From a virus (Duplodnaviria; Caudoviricetes): a stretch of 64,000 nucleotides of DNA. Of this stretch, positions 29,396-39,552 are shown one piece after another (position 1 is the stretch's first letter; each line of letters begins with the position of its first letter). The notes under the pieces are model-generated. The model made no database searches. It saw only the letters and a list, made by a program, of their open reading frames with translations, and was not told the origin of the DNA. Position numbers and translations under genes: made by a program. The stretch spans positions 1,650-65,649 of IMG/VR virus record IMGVR_UViG_3300020420_001018; one strand, written 5' to 3'.

Positions 29396-29733
29396 AAAAT
29401 AATGTTTTTACAGATTATAATATTGTTGGTGAAACCACAGATACAAATGATGATTATTCAGTAGTCGAAACTAATGAATTAGAAACGTTATCAGTTGGCG
29501 GCATAAAAATTCAACCTGGTAAAAAATCATTCAGTCATTCACATCCAAATAATGATGAAATATATTATATTCATTCAGGAAAAGGAACAATGACAATTGG
29601 AGAAAATACTTTTGAAATTTCTTCAGGAAGTGTTATTCTATATGATGGAAAAGAAGATCATTATATAACCAATACAGGTGAAACTGAAATGTATCTCACT
29701 ATGGTATTCAATAACAAAGCAAAAAATGCCTAA
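29392..29733 (+). CDS. cupin_2 protein
   Basis: HSHPNNDEIYYIHSGKG, H.ITNTG. Confidence 0.85.
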   Translation: MKNNVFTDYNIVGETTDTNDDYSVVETNELETLSVGGIKIQPGKKSFSHSHPNNDEIYYIHSGKGTMTIGENTFEISSGSVILYDGKEDHYITNTGETEMYLTMVFNNKAKNA

Positions 29734-29756
29734 ATTTTTACATAAATAATATTATT

Positions 29757-31130
29757 ATGTTTATGGCGTTATTAACATTATTGACTGCCTTAAGTATTTC
29801 GGCAGTTGCGATATACTATTCCATATTAGGTTTAGCGGCTATTTTTGCAGGTGCGGCAATACCAATCATGGTTATGGGGTCAGTACTAGAAGTTGGAAAA
29901 CTTGTTACAGCTTCATGGCTATATCAAAACTGGAAAGTAGCACCGAGATTCATAAAGGCGTATCTATCAATTGCAGTAGTAGTATTGATGTTTATTACGT
30001 CAATGGGTATCTTTGGTTTCTTATCCAAGGCACACGTTGAGCAAACCTCATTAGGTACAATCGGTCAAGAAAAACTATCAACCATTAATGAAAAATTATT
30101 GCGTTCTGAAAATAGAATAGAACGTTGGTCAACTGACATTGATAGACTTATGAAGGGCGAAGATGTTAGGGTCGATATTTTAATTGATAAAGAATTAGTA
30201 GAATTAGACAAACTGTATGCACGTATTGATAATGAAAAACAAGCATTAAGAGATCAAGCAGACAAGGATATTGAACTACAAAACAACAGATTAAAACAAG
30301 CACAAGAACGTAAAGAGGCCGACATAGCCGCGGCACAAGAACGTTTTAAAGGTGCATTTAGTAAAAAAGGTTTAGATGAAGCAATAGCAAAAGCAACAGC
30401 AAACGAACTTGCTGTGGCGTCAGCGGCACAAAGAATTATAGTTGAAATACAAAACAAATTAAAAGAAGATCTTGCTAGTGTCGATGCCAAGTATGCCGAA
30501 CAAATTGCAAGTATTGAAGAAATAATTCAAGATTACAAGAATCAAGCAAATACAAAAACAGGTGATATTGAAGGTAAAATAATTGCACTAGAAGATCAAA
30601 TTGAAGCAGAACAAGATAAAATTGATCAAGTAAACGAAGATAAGATTGTGTTAATGAGTAAACAAGCACAATTAGAAGTTGAAGTTGGTCCATTAAAATA
30701 TATTGCAGAATTTGTATATGGTCAAGAAGCCGATCAAAACTTGTTAGAAGCGGCAGTACGTTGGGTAATTATTATTATTATAATTGTGTTTGACCCACTT
30801 GCAGTATTACTTTTAATTGCGGCCAATATGTCATTTATTAGACGTTTCGGAAGAGGATTTGAAAAACAATATGATCCAGCTCTAGTAAAGAAGTATGCAC
30901 AAGGTGACATACAACAATCAAACGATAAAGAAATGGATGACCTAAAAAAAAGACATGAAGTTGAGTTAGATGAATTTCGTGAAAAACTTTCACAAGCAGA
31001 ACAAGAACTACAAGAGCAATTAGAATATCAGGAACAACAAGCAAAAGAAAAACCAGATAAAATGGTAATCAATATCGATGAATCGATAAACGTTAAATCC
31101 GATGATGACGTTAAGAAAAAAAAAGACTGA
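29757..31130 (+). CDS. membrane-anchored long coiled-coil protein
   Basis: About 3 N-terminal TM helices, ~220-aa coiled coil, further TM (VIIIIIIVFDPLAVLLL); ends just after an A9 run. Confidence 0.8.
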   Translation: MFMALLTLLTALSISAVAIYYSILGLAAIFAGAAIPIMVMGSVLEVGKLVTASWLYQNWKVAPRFIKAYLSIAVVVLMFITSMGIFGFLSKAHVEQTSLGTIGQEKLSTINEKLLRSENRIERWSTDIDRLMKGEDVRVDILIDKELVELDKLYARIDNEKQALRDQADKDIELQNNRLKQAQERKEADIAAAQERFKGAFSKKGLDEAIAKATANELAVASAAQRIIVEIQNKLKEDLASVDAKYAEQIASIEEIIQDYKNQANTKTGDIEGKIIALEDQIEAEQDKIDQVNEDKIVLMSKQAQLEVEVGPLKYIAEFVYGQEADQNLLEAAVRWVIIIIIIVFDPLAVLLLIAANMSFIRRFGRGFEKQYDPALVKKYAQGDIQQSNDKEMDDLKKRHEVELDEFREKLSQAEQELQEQLEYQEQQAKEKPDKMVINIDESINVKSDDDVKKKKD

Positions 31131-31393
31131 CCGCTAACGATCACGTTCAACTAAAGGTTGAAGAAATAGAAATTACTCCAGTAAAAAAAGATAATAGGCC
31201 AGAAGTGCAAATGAAGTTCCGAGAAGATCTAAATGTGAACATCAAAGAATTTAAAAAAGAGATTGACATTGAGCAAAATCGTGTTATTATAAATAAAACA
31301 ATGAAAGCCGATAGTTTAAAAAGATCAAAAGATAAACCAACATCAGTTGGTTGGTTAAAACCATATGTCGGTAAAATAGATAAGAAGGATTAG
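31115..31393 (+). CDS. -1 frame extension of 29757 ORF, or separate small ORF from 31205
   Basis: Frame is open from 31115 across the A9 run to TAG at 31391-31393. Confidence 0.55.
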   Translation, partial: EKKRLTANDHVQLKVEEIEITPVKKDNRPEVQMKFREDLNVNIKEFKKEIDIEQNRVIINKTMKADSLKRSKDKPTSVGWLKPYVGKIDKKD

Positions 31394-32653
31394 ATGGTAA
31401 AGAAAAAAGGTGAATCTTATGATTGTTCTTTTTGTGGAAAAGAACGTGCAAAAGTTAAAAAATTAATAGCAGGTCCTAAAGTTTATATTTGTAACGAATG
31501 TGTTGATTTATGTTATTCAATCTTAGAAGAAAATGATATCAATCAAAAAAAAGAAGGACAAAAATCAAAAGCATTAAAAACAATTATACCAGATGAATTA
31601 AAAATGCATTTAGACGAGCATGTAATTGGTCAAGAACAAGCAAAAAAAGTTTTATCAGTTGCTGTATATAATCACTATAAAAGATTAAACAATCCCACAG
31701 TGGATGGCGTTGAATTAGAAAAATCAAATGTGTTGTTAGTTGGGCCAAGTGGTTGCGGTAAAACATTGTTAGCTCAAAAGATCGCAGATTATTTAGATGT
31801 GCCTTTTGCACAGGCTGATGCGACTACATTAACAGAATCAGGTTATGTAGGTGATGATGTTGAAAATATTATTTTAAGATTATTACAAAGTTGTGATTTT
31901 GATGTCGAACGTGCTGAAAAAGGAATAGTTTACATTGACGAGGTAGATAAAAAATCACGCAAGTCAGAAAACACTTCAATTACAAGAGACGTTTCAGGAG
32001 AAGGTGTACAACAAGCATTGTTAAAATTACTTGAAGGTACAACTGTTAGAGTTCCACCTCAAGGAGGAAGAAAACATCCACAACAGGAAATGATTGAAGT
32101 TGATACTACAAACATTTTATTTGTTTGTGGCGGAGCATTTGTTGGTTTAGATGATATTGTAAAACGTAGATTAAATGTTAATACGTCAATGGGATTTATG
32201 TCAAATTTTGAATCGCAAGAAGAAATAGATCAGATATTAACGAAAGTACAGCCTGATGATGTTGTTAAGTTTGGTCTTATACCAGAAATGGTAGGTAGAC
32301 TGCCTGTAGTAGTCTCGTGTCATAGTTTAACGCACACAGACCTTAAACACGTATTAACCAAGCCAAAAAATGCAGTTTTAAAACAGTTTGAAAAAATGTT
32401 TAAATTAGATGGTGTTGAATTAGAATTTACAAATGAAGCAATAGATGTTGTAGCCAAACAGGCTCTTGAAAAAGATATTGGTGCAAGAGGATTACGTTCT
32501 GTTCTTGAAAGAATTTTGTTAGAACTACAATATGAATTGCCTTTGTTAAAACAACAAGATGTTGAAAAAATTGTAATCAACGATGCAGTAATTCTAAAAG
32601 ATAAATCTCCATTACTAATTTACAAAACAGTAGATAAGAAAAACGGAGCATAG
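31394..32653 (+). CDS. clpX: Clp protease ATPase ClpX
   Basis: CSFCG...CNEC Zn domain, [37 protein letters not shown] loop, GARGLR. Confidence 0.97.
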   Translation: MVKKKGESYDCSFCGKERAKVKKLIAGPKVYICNECVDLCYSILEENDINQKKEGQKSKALKTIIPDELKMHLDEHVIGQEQAKKVLSVAVYNHYKRLNNPTVDGVELEKSNVLLVGPSGCGKTLLAQKIADYLDVPFAQADATTLTESGYVGDDVENIILRLLQSCDFDVERAEKGIVYIDEVDKKSRKSENTSITRDVSGEGVQQALLKLLEGTTVRVPPQGGRKHPQQEMIEVDTTNILFVCGGAFVGLDDIVKRRLNVNTSMGFMSNFESQEEIDQILTKVQPDDVVKFGLIPEMVGRLPVVVSCHSLTHTDLKHVLTKPKNAVLKQFEKMFKLDGVELEFTNEAIDVVAKQALEKDIGARGLRSVLERILLELQYELPLLKQQDVEKIVINDAVILKDKSPLLIYKTVDKKNGA

Positions 32654-33207
32654 TGAAAAAACCTTTTCGCCATAGGAATCAACAACCAAATGTGCTATTA
32701 AATTCAGCCATTACATTTCCGAAAGTTAGGCTTATTGATCCTAACGGGTCATTCATTGGTATAGTTGATAGCAAAACAGCACTTGTAAAAGCTAAAGAAA
32801 GTTCTTTAGATCTTATTTGTACCACAGTCAAAGCAGATCCTCCTGTGTGTCGTATTATGGATTTCGGAAAATGGAACTATGAAAGACAAAAGAAAGAAAA
32901 ACAAAAGAAAAAATTAGAAAGACAAAATAGAGTAGAGCTTCGTGAATTACAATTCAGGCCAAATATTGATGTGCATGATCTTAATGTTAAACTTAAAAAA
33001 GCACAAGAATTTATTGACGATGGAGATAAAGTCAAGATTGTAATGAAGTTGCGTGGTAGAGAAATTCCAAACGGAAGAATGTTTATCGATCAAATAAACA
33101 TGATGGTAAAGAAAATACAAAATAGTAAATTTGATTCAATACCGAAACAGGCCGGAAATAGAATTTTAGCAGTTATTTGTAAAGACAATGATGCAAAAAA
33201 GAGTTGA
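32653..33207 (+). CDS. infC: translation initiation factor IF-3
   Basis: VRLID..G, LDL, PPVCRIMDFGK, FRPNIDVHDL, GDKVK, RGRE; GTG start. Confidence 0.93.
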   Translation: MKKPFRHRNQQPNVLLNSAITFPKVRLIDPNGSFIGIVDSKTALVKAKESSLDLICTTVKADPPVCRIMDFGKWNYERQKKEKQKKKLERQNRVELRELQFRPNIDVHDLNVKLKKAQEFIDDGDKVKIVMKLRGREIPNGRMFIDQINMMVKKIQNSKFDSIPKQAGNRILAVICKDNDAKKS

Positions 33208-33240
33208 CAAATTATATAAATATGTTAATATAGTGTTATT

Positions 33241-33585
33241 ATGAAATCAGGAAAACCAAGACAAAAATACGATACTAAATCATTTGATATAGAATACAAC
33301 GTCAATAATAAAAGAGAACGTAAACCACGTCCTCCGAAATTACCAGGCATGGCAGTAACAGTAGTTGACAACAATGTCGAACGTGCAATGCGTAAACTTA
33401 AAAAGATGTTGCTTAAAGAAGGAGTCATGCAAGAACTTCGAGACAGGCGTTACTATATGAAACCGTCGTTTATAAAACGTGAAGATAAAAAACGTGCAAT
33501 CCGAAGAGCGGCAAAATTACGTAGAGAACGTGAAATTGAAGAATTCGGTGGCGGAGTACCTAAGAAAAAAACTAGAAGAAGATAA
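33241..33585 (+). CDS. rpsU: 30S ribosomal protein bS21 with N-terminal extension
   Basis: VVDNNVERAMRKLKK..KEG...ELRDRRYYMKPS; own TTGACA and TATAAATA promoter elements at 33204-33231. Confidence 0.9.
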   Translation: MKSGKPRQKYDTKSFDIEYNVNNKRERKPRPPKLPGMAVTVVDNNVERAMRKLKKMLLKEGVMQELRDRRYYMKPSFIKREDKKRAIRRAAKLRREREIEEFGGGVPKKKTRRR

Positions 33586-33588
33586 TCC

Positions 33589-34314
33589 ATGTTACAGAAT
33601 GAAATTTCAGATTGGATTAAAGACTATGCAAAATCTAATAATCGAAAAACATTAGTTGTAGGAATTTCAGGTGGGATCGATTCGGCAGTAGTTAGTACTT
33701 TGTGTGCTATGACCAAAATGCCTACTATCGCAGTTTCCATGCCAATTAATCAAATAGAAGATCAACATGATTTAAGTATAGATCATGGCAATTGGTTAGA
33801 AAGTAAATTTAAAAATGTTAAACATGAAGTAATTGACTTAGATGGAGTTTATGAAAAGTTTTGGTTAAAAACATTTAATGACTATGGCAGTGAACATGCA
33901 TTTGCAAATACAAAATCAAGATTAAGAATGGTTACACTACATCAAATATCAGGTGACAGACAAGGTATAGTTGTAGGCACAGGTAATAAAGTAGAAGATT
34001 TTGGTGTAGGTTTTTATACCAAATATGGAGATGGAGGAGTAGACATCTCCCCAATAGCTGATTTAATGAAATCAGAAGTATGGCAACTAGGAAAAGATCT
34101 AGGAGTTATGCAAGAAATTATTGATGCTCCACCAACAGATGGTTTATGGGAAGATGGTAGAACAGACCAAGATCAATTAGGCGGTCTTACATATGATCAA
34201 ATGGAAGAAGCTATGGTCAAAGGAGAGGCTAGTGAATATTACGATAAATATCAAAGTATAAGGAAGCCAAACCTACACAAGATGGATCCAATCCCAGTTT
34301 TCAAAAAAAAGTAG
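33589..34314 (+). CDS. nadE: NH3-dependent NAD+ synthetase
   Basis: GISGGIDSA, NTKSRLRM, GTGNKVE, FYTKYGDG, PPTDGLW. Confidence 0.95.
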   Translation: MLQNEISDWIKDYAKSNNRKTLVVGISGGIDSAVVSTLCAMTKMPTIAVSMPINQIEDQHDLSIDHGNWLESKFKNVKHEVIDLDGVYEKFWLKTFNDYGSEHAFANTKSRLRMVTLHQISGDRQGIVVGTGNKVEDFGVGFYTKYGDGGVDISPIADLMKSEVWQLGKDLGVMQEIIDAPPTDGLWEDGRTDQDQLGGLTYDQMEEAMVKGEASEYYDKYQSIRKPNLHKMDPIPVFKKK

Positions 34315-34343
34315 TTAGGCTTACTTTTTGATAGGTAAAATGT

Positions 34344-35708
34344 ATGACTAACTCGAATGACGAACAGCAAAAATATTCAGTAGATAAAATAAACGAATTA
34401 TCTAAAAAACTTAACCGTAATTTAGATACGGATACTTTTTGTATTCAACCTTTTATGCATCTTAGCACAACACCAAATGGTCAAATACGTTTGTGTTGTA
34501 GGTCTCAAAAAATTGCAGATGCGTCTGATACTACATTTAAAGATGTTTGGTATAGTGATCATATGAATGAAATAAGAAAGAATATGATTGATGGTGATAA
34601 GAAAAAATTACCAGAATGTGTAAACTGCTGGTCAATGGAAAGCAAAGGTATAATGAGTTTACGTCAAGGGCAAAACATTACGAGAATAGATAGATATTCA
34701 AAAAATGTAAGATCTTGGTTAGATTACTCAGAAGGAAATCAAGAAACATTTCCGTTTACAATTCCTGTATTAGAATTAAAACCTTCAAACTTATGTAATT
34801 TTAAATGTAGAATGTGCTGGCCTAAAGACTCAACACCATGGATGGCAGATTGGGATAGTGTAAAAGAATTTTATCCAGAAGGAGATAGAGGTCCAGTTGA
34901 AAATGATATTAAACGTTTCAATATGAATAAAAGTCCATTGATTAATTTATTTGAACAACAAAAAAACTTTATTGATGAGTTTAAAGAACTTGCTCCATCG
35001 CTAGATGAAGTAGAATTTGCAGGTGGAGAACCTTTATTAGATCCTTTGGTATTTAAAACTTTAAAAATATTAGGTGAACAAGAAAATGTTAAAACTGAAA
35101 ATATTGTTTTAAAGTATAGTACAAATCTCAGTAAGTTAAATTTTAGTAAAAAAATGGATATTATTGAATTATGGAAAAAATTTAAAAGTATAAAACTTAC
35201 TATTAGTATAGATGGGGATCCAGAAAGAAACAAATACATACGTCATGGTGCAGATAGTTGGCTATTAAAAGAAAATTTAGCAATAGTAAGAAAAGAATTA
35301 GGAAACAAAGTAGAAGTAAAAGCAACAACAACAGTACAAGCATTAAATACTCCATATTTGGCAGAAACAGGACAATGGATAGTAAGAGAATTAAATTGTA
35401 ATTGGCATACTTCAAGATTGCAATGGCCTAAGCACTTGCATTCTAACGTATTACCTGTTAATATACTAGAAGAAAGTATAAAAAAAATAAAAAAAGTAAA
35501 TGTAAATTTATTAAAAGATACAATGGATAGTGAAATAGAAAAATATAGGTTAGAAACGCAGTTCAATAATGTAGTTCACTGGTTAACAAGTTGTATGAAT
35601 GATAACAAACACAAAAAATATTATAATGATTTTGTTAACTTTAATAAAGTTTTAGATAAAAATAGGGGAATGGCAATAGAAGATTATTGTCCGTTAGTAT
35701 TAAAATGA
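34344..35708 (+). CDS. radical SAM protein with N-terminal twitch/SPASM-like domain
   Basis: FC..P...CC...CxxC, then CNFKCRMC, AGGEP, STN, ISIDG. Confidence 0.9.
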   Translation: MTNSNDEQQKYSVDKINELSKKLNRNLDTDTFCIQPFMHLSTTPNGQIRLCCRSQKIADASDTTFKDVWYSDHMNEIRKNMIDGDKKKLPECVNCWSMESKGIMSLRQGQNITRIDRYSKNVRSWLDYSEGNQETFPFTIPVLELKPSNLCNFKCRMCWPKDSTPWMADWDSVKEFYPEGDRGPVENDIKRFNMNKSPLINLFEQQKNFIDEFKELAPSLDEVEFAGGEPLLDPLVFKTLKILGEQENVKTENIVLKYSTNLSKLNFSKKMDIIELWKKFKSIKLTISIDGDPERNKYIRHGADSWLLKENLAIVRKELGNKVEVKATTTVQALNTPYLAETGQWIVRELNCNWHTSRLQWPKHLHSNVLPVNILEESIKKIKKVNVNLLKDTMDSEIEKYRLETQFNNVVHWLTSCMNDNKHKKYYNDFVNFNKVLDKNRGMAIEDYCPLVLK

Positions 35709-36085
35709 CAGTAGAGCATAAACATCTAATAGTTAGAGCCGAAGTTAACAAGCCACCAACTAATCAAAAATGGGCTCACACATGGTTAACAGATTTAGTA
35801 GCAAAAATTGGTATGCAAATATGCCAAGGACCAATTACAACTTATTTAGATATGCCTGGTAACAGAGGATTAACTGGTTTAGTAATTATAGAAACTTCAC
35901 ACATAGCATTACATTGTTGGGATGAAACTGATCCTGGACTACTACAATTAGATGTGTACACTTGTGGAAGTTTACCAACAGAAATAATATTTGAAGAAAT
36001 TAAACAATTTGATCCTGTTAAAGTTGAATATAAGTATCTCAACAGAGAACGTGGATTAACAGAAATTAATATTAAGGGTGATTAG
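35705..36085 (+). CDS. speD: S-adenosylmethionine decarboxylase proenzyme
   Basis: KHLIV, IETSHIALHCW (pyruvoyl Ser), LDVYTCG; stop codon lies inside tRNA-Val. Confidence 0.88.
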   Translation: MTVEHKHLIVRAEVNKPPTNQKWAHTWLTDLVAKIGMQICQGPITTYLDMPGNRGLTGLVIIETSHIALHCWDETDPGLLQLDVYTCGSLPTEIIFEEIKQFDPVKVEYKYLNRERGLTEINIKGD

Positions 36086-36151
36086 CTCAGTTGGTAGAGC
36101 ACCTCGTTTACACCGAGGGGGTCGTTGGTTCGAGTCCAGCATTACCCACCA
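36076..36151 (+). tRNA. tRNA-Val(TAC)
   Basis: 76-nt cloverleaf GGGTGAT/ATTACCC, TT-TAC-AC loop, CCA. Confidence 0.96.
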
Positions 36152-36155
36152 TTAC

Positions 36156-36231
<76 letters not shown>

Positions 36232-36252
36232 ATAGTAAGGATAAGTAAGAGT

Positions 36253-37701
36253 ATGCCAGAAGTAAAAGATAGAAAAAAAATTGAAGATAAACTAGCCAAA
36301 GAATACAGTGCTGGCTTTGTTACCGATGTGGAAAGCGAAACATTCGAGCCAGGCCTTAACGAAGAAATAGTTACAAGACTTTCAAAAATAAAAAATGAAC
36401 CACAATGGTTATTAGACTACAGATTAAAAGCATATCGACGTTGGACAGAAATGAAAGAACCAGATTGGTCGACACTTGAAATTGATCCTATTGATTATCA
36501 ATCGATAAGTTATTACTCTAAACCAAAGCCAAAGTTAAAGTCCATGGATGAAGTTGATCCTGAAGTACTTGCAACATTTGAAAAGTTAGGTATTCCCACG
36601 TCAGAACGGGCGGCATTGGCAGGAGTGGCAGTAGATGCCGTGTTTGATTCTGTATCTGTAGCAACAACATATCATAAAGAATTATTAGAAAAAGGAATTA
36701 TATTTTGTTCTTTTGGAGAAGCAGTACAAAAGTATCCTGATCTTGTTAAAAAATATTTAGGTACAGTTATTCCAAGAACAGATAATTATTTTGCTACACT
36801 TAATTCAGCAGTATTTTCAGATGGCACATTTTGTTACATTCCTAAGAACACAAGATGTCCAATGGAACTATCAACATATTTTAGAATAAATGCTTCAAAT
36901 ACAGGACAGTTTGAAAGAACACTAATTGTTGCTGATGAAGGAAGTTATGTAAGTTATTTAGAAGGTTGCACAGCACCAATGCGTGATGAAAACCAATTAC
37001 ATGCGGCTAATGTAGAATTAGTTGCTATGAAAGATGCAGAAATAAAATATTCAACAATACAGAATTGGTATCCGGGAGATCCAGAAACAGGCAAAGGTGG
37101 TATCTATAACTTTGTGACCAAGAGAGGATTATGCAAAGGTGAAAATTCTCGCATAACCTGGACTCAATTTGAAACAGGAAGTAGATTGACATGGAAGTAT
37201 CCATCTTGTATACTAAAAGGAGACAATTCAATTGGAGAATTTTATTCAGTAGCACTAACTAATGGATATCAACAAGCTGACACAGGTACTAAAATGATAC
37301 ATCTTGGGAAGAACACTAAAAGCACAATTATATCAAAAGGAATTTCAGCAGGCAAATCTACTAATACATATAGAGGTTTAGTGCAAGTTGGTAAACGTGC
37401 CACAGGTGCTAAAAACTTTACTGCTTGTGATTCGTTAATGATGGGAGATCAATGTTCTGCTATAACTATTCCTTATATAGATAGTAAAACAAGAAAAAGT
37501 ACTTGTAATCACGAAGCAACAACATCTAAGATAGATGAAGATCAATTATTTTATTGTAGGCAAAGAGGATTAAGTGAAGAAGATGCAACTAACTTATTAG
37601 TATCAGGATTTTGTAAAGAAGTATTCCAAAAACTTCCTATGGAGTTTGCTGTTGAAGCCAACAAATTGTTAGAAGTTAGTATGGAAGGTTCTGTAGGATA
37701 A
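36253..37701 (+). CDS. sufB: Fe-S cluster assembly scaffold SufB
   Basis: [55 protein letters not shown]. Confidence 0.97.
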   Translation: MPEVKDRKKIEDKLAKEYSAGFVTDVESETFEPGLNEEIVTRLSKIKNEPQWLLDYRLKAYRRWTEMKEPDWSTLEIDPIDYQSISYYSKPKPKLKSMDEVDPEVLATFEKLGIPTSERAALAGVAVDAVFDSVSVATTYHKELLEKGIIFCSFGEAVQKYPDLVKKYLGTVIPRTDNYFATLNSAVFSDGTFCYIPKNTRCPMELSTYFRINASNTGQFERTLIVADEGSYVSYLEGCTAPMRDENQLHAANVELVAMKDAEIKYSTIQNWYPGDPETGKGGIYNFVTKRGLCKGENSRITWTQFETGSRLTWKYPSCILKGDNSIGEFYSVALTNGYQQADTGTKMIHLGKNTKSTIISKGISAGKSTNTYRGLVQVGKRATGAKNFTACDSLMMGDQCSAITIPYIDSKTRKSTCNHEATTSKIDEDQLFYCRQRGLSEEDATNLLVSGFCKEVFQKLPMEFAVEANKLLEVSMEGSVG

Positions 37702-38276
37702 TGGAAATAAAAAATACTCACACGGAAACTATAAATTTAGAAAAAGATTCAGTTTTGAATTATACTTTGAAACCAAATTCATCTGCTAGATTGTTTTTTC
37801 ATGATCGTGCTGGTGTTGATGTAAAGATTAATATAGATTTAGAAGAAAACGCTTCTTGTGAAATGTATGGCTTGTTCCATAATGAAGGAAGAGATCCAAA
37901 AGTCGTTACAAAAGTAACACATAAAGGTAAGAAGTCAAAATGTGATCAAGATTTTAGATTTGTAAACAAAGACTGTGAAAGTTCTTTTGAGGGAAAAATT
38001 ACCATTCCAAAAGGTGTAACAGGATGTGAAAGTCATATGTTAAATAAAAATTTATTATTAGATGATGATTCTTTTGCATTCTCAAAACCAGAACTAGATA
38101 TCAAAAATGATGATACAATATGTTCACATGGTGCAACAACAGGTCCTCTAGATCAAGAGCAAGTGTTTTATCTTAGAAGCAGAGGTATACCTGAATCAGA
38201 AGCCATTGAGATTTTGATTGAAGCATTTTATCAAGATATCAAGAATAGAATGGGAGAACCTATAATGGGGGTGTAG
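37701..38276 (+). CDS. sufD: short SufD-like protein
   Basis: FEGKI, NLLL, KPELDI..DD..CSHGAT.G.LD.EQ.FYLRSRGI; only 191 aa; stop codon lies inside tRNA-Asp. Confidence 0.85.
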   Translation: MEIKNTHTETINLEKDSVLNYTLKPNSSARLFFHDRAGVDVKINIDLEENASCEMYGLFHNEGRDPKVVTKVTHKGKKSKCDQDFRFVNKDCESSFEGKITIPKGVTGCESHMLNKNLLLDDDSFAFSKPELDIKNDDTICSHGATTGPLDQEQVFYLRSRGIPESEAIEILIEAFYQDIKNRMGEPIMGV

Positions 38277-38343
38277 CTCAGTTGGTTAGAGCGTCCGCCT
38301 GTCACGCGGAAGGCCGAGGGTTCGAGTCCCTTCACTCCCGCCA
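38267..38343 (+). tRNA. tRNA-Asp(GTC)
   Basis: 77-nt cloverleaf GGGGGTG/CACTCCC, CT-GTC-AC loop, CCA. Confidence 0.96.
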
Positions 38344-38354
38344 GAAAAAATAAA

Positions 38355-38630
38355 ATGTTATTATGGATATCGAGAATTATACAAACAATAGATTTCAACT
38401 ACATAGGCAATTGGAGTGGTTCTAAGATGAATTTACCTCAATGGGAGTCAAGATGGAGAAAGTGTTTTGCCTGGTATCCGGTTAAATTAGATGACGGAGA
38501 CGTAATTTTTTTAAAAAATTATTGGGTGAATGAATCATATATGCAAAATCCATATAATGGTGCAAAAGGATATATGGTAAAAACAAGAATATCAGAAAAC
38601 GATCGTGTATTAAACAAATTAAGAAAGTAG
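38355..38630 (+). CDS. hypothetical protein (start uncertain)
   Basis: WRKCFAWYPV motif. Confidence 0.55.
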   Translation: MLLWISRIIQTIDFNYIGNWSGSKMNLPQWESRWRKCFAWYPVKLDDGDVIFLKNYWVNESYMQNPYNGAKGYMVKTRISENDRVLNKLRK

Positions 38631-38634
38631 TAAA

Positions 38635-38883
38635 ATGATTGATTTAGAAAATTTAGATCTGCGTACATTACAAAAAGAGGCCGCTCGTGCTTTGGCAACA
38701 CATATTGATAGTACAAATAACGGATTGTCTGAAATTAACAAAAAATGTCATCACAACTCTACTATATTCTACATAGAAGTAATTAAAAAGTATGCAGAAA
38801 CTTATGGAGATTTACCTAGCAAAGCTGGACCTGGCCAAAAAATTGAACTTTTTTCTGAAAAAATTGAAAAAAAATCCTCTTAG
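38635..38883 (+). CDS. hypothetical protein
   Basis: 82-aa ORF. Confidence 0.65.
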   Translation: MIDLENLDLRTLQKEAARALATHIDSTNNGLSEINKKCHHNSTIFYIEVIKKYAETYGDLPSKAGPGQKIELFSEKIEKKSS

Positions 38884-38947
38884 GCTCTTGACTTTTTAAA
38901 AATAGTGCATATATTATACATATACAGTAAAACTGTATAAATACTAG

Positions 38948-39006
38948 TGTAGATTGCTTTAGATAGGATCTACATTAAAACAACTTGCTTAAAAGGAGGA
39001 GTTAAC
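38948..39006 (+). promoter_or_regulatory. ROSE-like RNA thermometer candidate in the hsp20 leader
   Basis: TGTAGAT/ATCTACA hairpin, then CTTGCT (38984-38989) able to pair with the AGGAGG SD. Confidence 0.55.
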
Positions 39007-39447
39007 ATGACAAGAAATCTATCTATTTTTAATCAGTTACGTCCTGTAACTATTGGGTTTGATGACGTTTTCAATCATTTTGAAAGTATGTTTGATGGTG
39101 ACGTTTTCACAGCACCCACAGTAAATTATCCACCTTACAATATTGTAAGAACTGGTGACAATACCTACGATATTGAAGTCGCACTTGCTGGTTTTAGCAA
39201 AAAAGACATCAATGTTGAGTATGCTGAAAATATACTTACTATTAAATCTGTAAAATCAGATGAAAGTAAAGAGTCAAAAGATGGAGTTATCCACAAAGGA
39301 ATCTCAAAAAGACAATTTACAAAGTCATTTACAATTGCAGATGATGTAGAAGTAAAAGGTGCTGAACTAAAAGATGGTTTGCTTCGTGTATCTATGGAAA
39401 GAATTATTCCAGAGAGCAAAAGGCCAAAAACTATTCAAATTAAGTAA
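39007..39447 (+). CDS. ibpA: small heat-shock protein Hsp20/IbpA
   Basis: IGFD, NYPPYNI, IEVALAGF, HKGISKR.F..F, DGLL, IPE. Confidence 0.95.
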   Translation: MTRNLSIFNQLRPVTIGFDDVFNHFESMFDGDVFTAPTVNYPPYNIVRTGDNTYDIEVALAGFSKKDINVEYAENILTIKSVKSDESKESKDGVIHKGISKRQFTKSFTIADDVEVKGAELKDGLLRVSMERIIPESKRPKTIQIK

Positions 39448-39472
39448 CCTTAATTAACATAATACATTATGC

Positions 39473-39511
39473 GGAACCCCGGTAATACGAAACAATGCCG
39501 GGGTTTCTCTT
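39473..39511 (+). terminator. hairpin/terminator after hsp20
   Basis: GGAACCCCGGTA / TGCCGGGGTTTC 12-bp stem including G-T pairs. Confidence 0.65.
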
Positions 39512-39552
39512 GAAGACGATAAATAACTATATATTATTAGGGAAATAAGAAC

